DNA of 63,980 bases, the filler included, from Octopus bimaculoides (taxonomy: Eukaryota), in NCBI RefSeq assembly GCF_001194135.2. It is 5 parts of 5 records of this genome, joined end to end, with 100 filler letters (N's around TTAATTAATTAA, not from the genome) between each part and the next. Parts side by side here need not be neighbours in the genome. Positions count along the whole stretch, not along the records: positions 52,487 to 57,434 come from NW_026370633.1; positions 57,535 to 63,980 come from NC_068981.1; 3 more parts are not named here. One strand, 5' to 3'. The first letter of the stretch is position 1; each line of letters starts with the position of its first letter. The notes beneath the pieces are model-generated. The model was not told where the DNA came from, did not search any database, and worked only from the letters and a program-made list of their open reading frames with translations. Positions 54,048 to 63,980 of the stretch are shown here, piece by piece. Made by a program: the position numbers and the translations under genes.

Positions 54048-54206
54048 TATTTAGGGACCCGGACCTCGGAAAACGTGAAGAAGCGTTGTATTGAGTTGAT
54101 GTACAGCTGGACACGCGATTTAAGCCACGAACCGAAGATTGGAGAGGCGTATGCTATGCTGAAGACGCAGGGCATAGTCAAAGAAGACCCTGCATATATC
54201 GATAAG
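54048..54206 (+). CDS. GGA1: GGA VHS exon
   Basis: YLGTRTSENVKKRCIELMYSW...KIGEAYAMLKTQGIVKEDPAYIDK; donor GTCGGT. Confidence 0.95.
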
Positions 54207-54629
54207 GTCGGTGAATCGACGACAATACTATTTGAGGGTTTCTGTGGGGTTTTAGCATGTGTATGTGGGTTTGCAGGGCGAGTTTGAGGTGAGTGTGGGC
54301 TTGTTGAGTGCATGTGAGTGCAGGCTTGCCGGGCGAGTGCATGATTAATGTGGGTAAATAAGGATTACATTTAATTAAGCCCAAATATTCTGTTTCATGT
54401 TCAAACCAGCCAGATCTGGCTGCTCACACTTTCCCTACAATGTCATTCTAAAAATAAACTATCGCATTAACAAAATCTCAAAGCTAAGAAATAACCCATG
54501 GTTAATCCAAAACGATGTGGATAAATAAGGATTATATTTGATAGAGTGATCTGAATGCTAGTGTTTCAGGTTAGTAGTTTTTGTGTGTTAAATATTGGTT
54601 AATTGGTTAATTATTCGTTTATTTTACAG

Positions 54630-54698
54630 AACTTAAATGCTAACCCAGCACCACCCAGGCCAAAGAATGCATTATTTGAAGACGACGAGAAAGCACGG
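54630..54698 (+). CDS. GGA1: GGA VHS-GAT linker exon
   Basis: NLNANPAPPRPKNALFEDDEKAR; donor GTAAGA. Confidence 0.93.
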
Positions 54699-54932
54699 GT
54701 AAGATATGTAGTTATTATATACAATGCCCCAGCATGGCCACAGTCAAATGACTGAAACAAGTAAAAGAGTAAGTGTGTGTGTGTGTTGTTTGGTTTTGTC
54801 TTAACCCTTTTGTTACCATATTTCTGTTGGAATTTGCTGTGGAATAAGCGTGGTCGTTGCCAGTGCTGCCTGATTGTGTTTGGAAGTGGGATTGAAACCC
54901 TGATAGTGACGTTTTGTTCTTGTCTGTTCCAG

Positions 54933-55013
54933 CTGCTGTCTCGGCTACTGAAGAGTAAAAATCCTGAAGATCTCCAAGCAGCCAACAGATTGATCAAAAA
55001 TATGGTTCAGCAG
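54933..55013 (+). CDS. GGA1: GGA N-GAT (Arf-binding) exon
   Basis: LLSRLLKSKNPEDLQAANRLIKNMVQQ; donor GTGTGC. Confidence 0.96.
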
Positions 55014-55316
55014 GTGTGCAGGATGTTTATCATCATCATCATCATCATCATCATTATTATTATTATTATTATTATTGTTATTATTATTATTATTATTAAG
55101 GCAGCGAGCTGGCAGAACCGTTAGCAACGCCAGACGAAACGCTCAGCGGCATTTCACCTGTCGCTAATATTCTGAGTTCAGATTCTGCCGGAGTTGACTT
55201 TGCCTTTCATCCTTATGGTGGGTCAATAAATTAAGTACCAGTAAAACACTGGGGTCGATGTAATCGACTGGTCCTCTCCCCACCAAATTTCAGGCCTTGT
55301 ACCTCTAGTAAAAAGG

Positions 55317-55354
<38 letters not shown>

Positions 55355-55684
55355 TCGTTTAACATCCGGCGAATAATAATAATAATAATGGTGTTGGTGG
55401 GTTTATGTCTATGTAACTTAGCAGTTCAGCAAAAGGAATTGATAGAATACGTACCAGGCTTAAAAATATATATATATAAGTACTGGGATGGATTTGTTTG
55501 ATTAAAATTCTTCAAGGCAGTGCCCCAGCATGGCCGCAGTCTAATGTCTGAAACAAGTGAAAGATAAAAGATATATACATATTATGCATGTGTGTATTGT
55601 GTGTATGTGTGTGTGTGTGTGTGTGATGTTTGTCAGTCGATGTGTTTATCGTGACCTGACCTTTGACCTCTGACCTCTTTCCAG

Positions 55685-55822
55685 GATGCTGACAGAATTG
55701 ACAAAATCTCGAAGCGGGTGTCCGAGCTGGAGACAATCAACAACAACGTGAGCGTGTTGTCGGAGATGTTGGAACACTACGGCACTGAGTCGGCGTCGCA
55801 GAGTGACCGCGACACCATGAAG
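55685..55822 (+). CDS. GGA1: GGA GAT exon
   Basis: DADRIDKISKRVSELETINNNVSVLSEMLEHYGTESASQSDRDTMK; donor GTAGGT. Confidence 0.95.
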
Positions 55823-56356
55823 GTAGGTGACACCTTGAGATGTCCTATCGGCCCAACGCCCGAAAGGAACTCATTCACTTTGCTTCCGTGAGGCCCAACG
55901 CTCGAAAGGTGCTCTTTATGTGCCATGCCACCAGCACATGTGCCAGTTACGTGGCACGAGCATCAGCCATGACTATGATCATGCATAATCTCTGAGCTAC
56001 AAGATAAGCCATCATCATCATCATCATCGTCGTCGTTTAACGTCCGCTTTCCATGCTAGCATGGGTTGGACGATTTGACTGAGGACTGGTGAAGCCGGAT
56101 GGCAACACCAGGCTCCAATCTAATTTGGCAGAGTTTCTACAGCTGGATGCCCTTCCTAACGCCAACCACTCCGAGTGATTAATTTAAAACAATGTGAAAT
56201 AAATAAGCTTCACGTTTGACTGAGTAATTTGAATGCTGGAAGGTTAAGCTAGAATCCTTTTAAAGGAGAAGTTTATATCATAGAAATAGGACTGTCCTCA
56301 AGGGGAGTGTTGGTATCAGAAGTGTTAACAAGGGATCTCTTGTGTTTTCATTTTAG

Positions 56357-56441
56357 GAACTTTACGAGACCTTGGAGAAGCTGCGACCCAATTTATTCCG
56401 GTTGGCAAGTGATACGGATGAACAGGATAACGACGGCATTG
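56357..56441 (+). CDS. GGA1: GGA GAT exon
   Basis: ELYETLEKLRPNLFRLASDTDEQDNDGI+G; donor GTAAGT, phase 1. Confidence 0.96.
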
Positions 56442-56589
56442 GTAAGTTGAGGGAGTGGCTATAGTTATTGTTATTTGTAAAATGGTATCTCCGTATCATA
56501 CTAAATGTATATACACCTATTGTAGGCCAGTTACCGCAATATATTTCCTCTGGGCCTGCTGTGTTAAAAACATAATAAATATCAGATAG

Positions 56590-57332
<743 letters not shown>

Positions 57333-57337
57333 TGCAG

Positions 57338-57412
57338 CTGATATCCTGAAAGCCAACGATGAGGTGATGAAGGTGATGAATCAGTATAAAATGAAGGTAG
57401 AAGGTTCCAGTG
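57338..57412 (+). CDS. GGA1: GGA GAT exon
   Basis: (A)DILKANDEVMKVMNQYKMKVEGSS+G; phase 1 in and out; donor GTAAGT. Confidence 0.93.
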
Positions 57413-58682
57413 GTAAGTGACCAGTTCCTTAGATNNNNNNNNNNNNNNNNNNNNNNNNNNNNNNNNNNNNNNNNNNNNTTAATTAATTAANNNNNNNNNN
57501 NNNNNNNNNNNNNNNNNNNNNNNNNNNNNNNNNNATACACAACGGGATTCTTTCAGTTTCCGTCTGCCAAATCTAATCACAAGACTTTGGTCGGGAAGAG
57601 GCTACAGAAGAAGACACTTGCCCAAGGTGCGACGCAGTGGGACTGAACTCGGAACTAGGTGATTGAGAAGCAGGCTTCTTACCACACAGCCACTTCTGCA
57701 CCTCTATATATATTTCACTATAGTTACGTATTCAAATTTTACTTTTATATCGAAGTGCATTTTTTAATTTCTTCATGGAAGTAAGACACCCTATGTTTAT
57801 GAATGGCTATATTCCTTAAATGTTTGTCGCAGCCAGAACAGTAGTACCATAGGATTCAATTCTTCGAACTGAAATTCCTCTGAAACTACGTCAATCCTCG
57901 CCTCCATAGCTGACGATAGGTTTTCCCTGATTGATAGTCTCTCTTTAGTAATGACTTCCTGACCTACTTGGACTTTTACAACATTCTTGCTGTACATGTA
58001 TATTAAATGTCTCCACTAACGATGTGTTTGTATTTCTCTCGCTATAACTAACATATTTTCTTTCACACTAACCCCTTCTTTCCGCCTTTGTCTTTTTTTT
58101 ATTCTCTCTGTTACATACGCTTTTAAAATCCCTTTCTATTATTCTTTTCTGAACTCTTACTTCGCCTTCTTTCAATGCATTAACTTTTCAGTCTCTCTCT
58201 TTTTATTTTTCTTTCTTTCTTTTACAAATGCTTTCGCTATATAAATTCTTTGTCGCACTCTCCTGTTTCAAAGTCTTTTATCTCAACAGTTTTCCCTTCT
58301 TTCTGTGTTTTTCTTACACAGAACAACGAACAAAATTAATTATCGGCTATTTAATGCGTTACTCTACAGAATTTCGGAGAAGATTGAGTACAGGATAAAC
58401 CGCAGATGAAAACACAGCATTTAAACAAATAAATTAAGAAAAATAAAGAGAAGATCCATATTCACAGAGAAAATAATGAATAGCCATTTTCACCAATGTT
58501 TTATATAAGCCTCTCAAGTCAAACAGTTTGGATAAATCTTGCGAAACAAACCAGCACAGCAGTTATCGTTATTTTAAGTTACAGTAGCTTATATGTCACC
58601 TTAAACACATATCAATGCCAACGTATTATCTCAAGATATTTACTCTCTCACTGCATTCATTACTAGTATATATGCATATGTA

Positions 58683-58737
<55 letters not shown>

Positions 58738-58742
58738 GTATA

Positions 58743-58773
<31 letters not shown>

Positions 58774-59655
58774 CAGCAAAATTGCAGTTTTAAGTGATTT
58801 GCAAGTTTATAGCAGGTGACATTTGGGATATTGATTCAACAGAATCAGAACTTGATTGTTGTTATTCCATGGTTATCCAAAGGCTTTAGTTCGGTTTTCT
58901 CATGGGCTTTATATACTTTATATTGTACCTTGCACGCACGGAGATTTATCTTCAAATCTGCATGCATGCGAGCATGCATGTATGTATGTATGCATGTAAG
59001 TATGTATGTATGTACGTATGTATGTACGTACGTACGTATACATGTAAGTATGTATGCATCGCTCTCTCTCTCTCTCTGTCTCTCTGTCTCTGTCTGTCTC
59101 TGTCTGTCTGTCTGTCTCCCTCTCTCTCTCTCTCTCTCTCTCTGTATATATGTATACACACACAAATACACATACACACATATTTATATATGAGGTGATA
59201 AACAATGTATTAGATAGGAATCAGCTCTCTCTTTCTCTACATTTGTCCGTCCGTCAGTCTCTCAATATTGGTCTGTTTTCCTCTGTTTCTCGCTCTCTCT
59301 CTCTCTCTATGTATACATACATATATACATACATAAAGAGAGAAAGAGAGAAAGAGGCGGAAGGAGTGGGAGAGAAAGAGAGAAAGAAAGAGGCTGTAAG
59401 AAAAAAGAGGGTGACATATCCCTACATCTAGATAAGGATAAATAAGAGAATACCTGAATAATAATAAAGAAAGAGAAATAGACAAAATGCTAGAAAGACA
59501 GAACAGAAGTAATACGCCAAGAACTAGAAAATAACAATAGAAAACATAGAACATACAAATGTATAACCAGACTTTATTGTATTAGTGCCTCAAGTATTTC
59601 TTTTTCTGATATGTGACATATACTGAATCAGTTCTGATTATACATACATACATGC

Positions 59656-59694
<39 letters not shown>

Positions 59695-60165
59695 NNNNNN
59701 NNNNNNNNNNNNNNNNNNNNNNNNNNNNNNNNNNNNNNNNNNNNNNNNNNNNNNNNNNNNNNNNNNNNNNNNNNNNNNNNNNNNNNNNNNNNNNNNNNNN
59801 NNNNNNNNNNNNNNNNNNNNNNNNNNNNNNNNNNNNNNNNNNNNNNNNNNNNNNNNNNNNNNNNNNNNNNNNNNNNNNNNNNNNNNNNNNNNNNNNNNNN
59901 NNNNNNNNNNNNNNNNNNNNNNNNNNNNNNNNNNNNNNNNNNNNNNNNNNNNNNNNNNNNNNNNNNNNNNNNNNNNNNNNNNNNNNNNNNNNNNNNNNNN
60001 NNNNNNNNNNNNNNNNNNNNNNNNNNNNNNNNNNNNNNNNNNNNNNNNNNNNNNNNNNNNNNNNNNNNNNNNNNNNNNNNNNNNNNNNNNNNNNNNNNNN
60101 NNNNNNNNNNNNNNNNNNNNNNNNNNNNNNNNNNNNNNNNNNNNNNNNNNNNNNNNNNNNNNNNN

Positions 60166-60203
<38 letters not shown>

Positions 60204-60449
60204 TGGTGTGCTAACGATCTTGCCAGCTTGTCGCCTTAAATGTCCGAGTCAAATATAAATAAAATAAATAACAATCATAAGTTGTGGTATAGAAAAAGAC
60301 ACAAACGGACAGATACAAGCAGAAATCGGCACAAACTGATACATTATATTCAAACGTGCATGCGCATAGATATACGTACATGCATACATATACATATGCA
60401 CACTTGTATATTGTAAGAACAAATGTATAAGTGTATCAATATCTATGGA

Positions 60450-61660
60450 TGTCTATGCGTATTTCTACGTCAGGAAATAAAAGCTGATAGTTTGACTATA
60501 CTTATAAATTTATTAAAGAATCAACAAAATGTTACAAAATGTTGTTAAAATTGTAGGAGTAGGAAGAGGGGAAATGACTTAATTAGCACATAGGTTGCAA
60601 AACAACCAGCAATAAAATGTAAGCATGAACTGAAATGTAATTTAGTATAGTAAGAGTGATGGTGTGTATCAGGAACCACATTGGCAGGAGTGAGGTGTTG
60701 GGTTAAAAAATATATCAGCTCTAGTTTATACTAACGCTTAATAATATCGGAATATTTCTATAGTGTTATGTATGAAAGATGAAATTCTTTTCGAATTATT
60801 GGTGCGGATCAAGCACTTTGTGTTACATATAGCTATGCGTTCGGCAGTGTAGGTCTCGTATGGTGTATTTACAGAGAAAGATTTTGCCTTAAGTTAGAGG
60901 CTCAATCCTAACTCATATACCGTTTTCTTAAAATCCCAGATGTATACAGAGAAGGCAGTGTCGTTTCCTCTGAGTCAGTTCAAGAATATATAGTTATACT
61001 GATTTAAGTGTTGTTTGAAGTAATTAAAAGTCAATCCAATGTGTTTTGGTGTGAACATTTTGTATATAGTGGGAAACAATATATTCGTTCCTAAAACATT
61101 AGAATTTAGTAATTTATTGGTTAGTAGTGTTTAGTAAAATATTAGTAATATATTAGTTAATAGTGCTCAGTCATTCCGTTTAAACAAGATAGAACAGATT
61201 GAAGTTGGCAAATGTGAGTATAGCATTTATTAGTATTGTTGTTGATAATTTGGTAGTATATCGTTGTGAGAAATATTTTTATTTTTTACTAAATATATTT
61301 TTATGTAAATGTACTTTTACGTTTAAACGTATTTTTAATTGTTATTAAAGAGATTTCTAAATATATGTTTAATGAATTTGATTGTTTCTACAACTTAGAT
61401 AATCTCGTTATACATACTCCTTAAAGAAGATGCGTTCTAATATGTAAAAATCTGTAAACGTTTGCTTATTAGCAGAAACTTGAAGCCTGACGAGAATGCT
61501 CTTAAATATTTTATTAATAATATTCTTGAGGGAGTTAAATTGTTTATAGATTTGATTTAATGTTTCACTAGGATAACATTGAAAGTTTGATTGAGAGTGA
61601 TATCAAAGTAATTAACACTGAAAATGTTAATGTGCAAGGGAATTTACATTCTTTGAATCT
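60450..61660 (-). mobile_element. Penelope-like element relic (RT C-terminus + GIY-YIG endonuclease tail)
   Basis: VNYFDITLN (61591-61616, cf. VNFLDVTLN); NDTAFSVYIWDFK...KAKSF...AERIAI (60934-60971 onward, cf. TALSKYIW.LK...AEK.AI). Heavily decayed. Confidence 0.55.
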
Positions 61661-62869
61661 ACAGGGAGTGTTACATATTTCATGCAATAGAGGAAGAAGA
61701 GTATAAGGAATTTAGTTAATAACTTAATTTGATTTTCTTTTTATATTTCAGATATCGCTTGTGCATCGAGAAACCAGAAGCAGTAACGAGGAGCTATAAG
61801 AATGTCATTTCCTTGCTCCCGCTTTTTAAGCAGGATTAAAAAGACGAAATATGTATATAAAGTAGGGCATGATTAATAAACAAATCGATGAACATTACTA
61901 CTACGCATTTAAAACACTAATTATCCTCTAATTTGGCCTCCAAATTTATTGCTGAGTTAAGTACTTCTCAGATTTTTTTTTAAAATTAGCTTCTAAAGCG
62001 TGCAATATATANNNNNNNNNNNNNNNNNNNNNNNNNNNNNNNNNNNNNNNNNNNNNNNNNNNNNNNNNNNNNNNNNNNNNNNNNNNNNNNNNNNNNNNNN
62101 NNTATATATATATATCATCATCATCATCATCGTTTAACGCCCGCTTTCCATGCTAGCATGGGTTGGACGATTTGACTGAGGACTGGTGCAACCGGATGGC
62201 TACACCAGGCTCCAATCTAATTTGCTGGTGCAGTGCTTGTCAAAGGAACGAGGTTTACAACAGGAATGATAGAATTATGTCACATATTTTACATGTGCAT
62301 TGCATTATTTCTCTAGCGGCAAAACACTAAAGTGGTAACATGCAGAAGGGCTTTTCTTTGCAGTCCTCCTAATTAATTTTTAATGAAAGTTAATGTTTTT
62401 AATTACATATTTTTTTCAGCAATTTTGTAATGAGGAAGTTAAAACTTTGCTGATGCACAAGCATGTACGGAGGCGATACAAGTGTTAACCCCTCGATAGA
62501 AGTATTACGCTTCGGGAGATATTAATCAATTTTTATAGTTCTGATCTTCATTAAATGAACCAAATTCCTCCCAAAATCAAACGGGCCAGTTGATAAAAGA
62601 TGAAATAAAATTATTTTTTTCTAAAAAGCATTGGGATTAAGTTAGTTAACAAATTAAATATGATATTCGAAGGGCAAATGTCTTGCCTTACAAAAAATTA
62701 CGCTTTTGACATGGTAAACAAATAATAGCATTTTCGGCTCTCGGAAGGACATGCGAGAAAGAAATACTATTGCTAACAAGAAAGACCAAACGTTTAACTT
62801 TTGTAAGAGCAGAGATATCCACACAAAGGAAAACCAAATTGCTCATTAATGTTGTTTCTTTATGTTATG

Positions 62870-63030
62870 TCTCAACGCTACTTCTATCTAGCACCATCGG
62901 ATGATCTCTACTCAACCGCTACACAACTGCTACTCGACTGCTATTCAACACACCTACCATGGCCAGATACCCCTATTTATATGTCTTGGGAGATCCTACG
63001 TCTTCGCCTGGGGGCGTCGACACAACACTT
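62870..63030 (-). mobile_element. Possible solo-LTR fragment
   Basis: Minus strand begins TGTTGTGTCG..., has a TATAAATAGG box and a purine-rich AG(T/C)AG repeat stretch; GC-richer than its flanks. No partner LTR seen. Confidence 0.3.
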
Positions 63031-63935
63031 TAGTAATTCAAGCGACATTAAAAACCCCACAAACCTTATAGAATAAATATACGTTAAAATCAGCCGACAA
63101 AAAACTTCATTGGTGGAAGCAATACCACAAATCAGTTTCCTACTTAAGAGTTACAGAAGATAACTGTAACATGTAGTTTTTTAGAAAGAAAAACGCAAAA
63201 AAAAAATGAGTTTCGATTGAGAAGAGAGGGAAACTTGTGATTGATCTAAAGAAATATGGTGGGGTACCTTCTGGACCCTGAGACTTCTGGATACAGAAGT
63301 AGAGAATTCCGCCTCTTGGGAAATTTGAACTTCTTCACATTTCAAAGTTACCTTAATGGCATTCTATTAAAATCATGTGAAGCATGTTTTCTTTTTTCAT
63401 TGCAAAGACGTTCATCATAGATTTGAAACTTCCAACACAGTATTTGAGTACCTACCTATGCATATTTATTGGACAGAAAGTTCCCCTCGAGTATATTTTT
63501 TAAACATGATGGGGTATATCCATGATCAGCAATTTACCTTTAACTCTACTTCAAATATATAGTAAACATTTAAAAGTTTTTTCCACAAAAAAGAAACAAG
63601 CCCAACGCTTGAATAGATTGCATTAAAGACATCACAAACAGGCACAAGCTAGGAATTTATTCTCGAAAAAATAAAGGTGTTTACTGATAAAATTAAAGTT
63701 ATCCCTCCTTGCTCTAAGTTTTACGATTTTGCAATTCTCACAGAGGGAGCAATTCAAATTGCAATTAAAGGGAGGTTTTCAACTCAGTAACATTACATAT
63801 AAGAGACTCTAGCATCTTTATCAATTTGTGTATGCATACACGATTGAATGTTTGTGTGCGTGCGTGTGTGAGGAGGCCGTATATAGAACACATACTTATA
63901 TAAATTCTTTATATATCTATATGCTAAAAAATATT

Positions 63936-63980
<45 letters not shown>

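Noticed and set aside
57797-57997. 66-aa minus-strand ORF
   Set aside because: No recognisable family, splice context or repeat signature.
61487-61530. CTGACGA-GAAT...ATTC
   Set aside because: Not followed by GAAA; lies in the antisense of the Penelope coding relic.
61752-61860. Strong acceptor TTTTATATTTCAG as a possible next GGA exon
   Set aside because: In the required phase it stops after about 11 codons and has no hinge/GAE similarity.

Overview
AT-rich eukaryotic genomic DNA full of microsatellites, N-gaps and transposon relics. The repeat families (tRNA-headed SINEs, RTE LINEs with (GAT)n tails, TTAA-MITEs) and the C2H2 zinc-finger style suggest an octopus genome (genus Octopus); this is inferred from recognition, not a search. 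Two host genes are well supported. One is an intronless 14-finger C2H2 zinc-finger ORF (42347-43630, +). The other is eight consecutive coding exons of a GGA adaptor gene (VHS + GAT domains, 53382-57412, +), whose first exon and hinge/GAE exons were not found. The rest is mostly decayed mobile DNA: several RTE fragments, a piggyBac relic with TTAA termini, a GC-rich single-frame hAT transposase, a mariner, a Tx1/L1 tail, a Gypsy protease/RT relic, a Dong/R4 3' end, a Penelope-like RT/GIY-YIG relic, a Myb/SANT (Harbinger-like) fragment and many SINEs/MITEs. Four 100-bp 44N-TTAATTAATTAA-44N linkers mark assembly joins, so long-range context is uncertain. The most notable unexplained signals are type I hammerhead-ribozyme motifs (best at 19767-19808), the two-finger periodicity of the ZNF array, a possibly horizontally acquired hAT, and a SINE (TTA)n tail serving as the acceptor tract of a conserved GGA exon. 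All coordinates and pairings were read by eye; TE boundaries are approximate.
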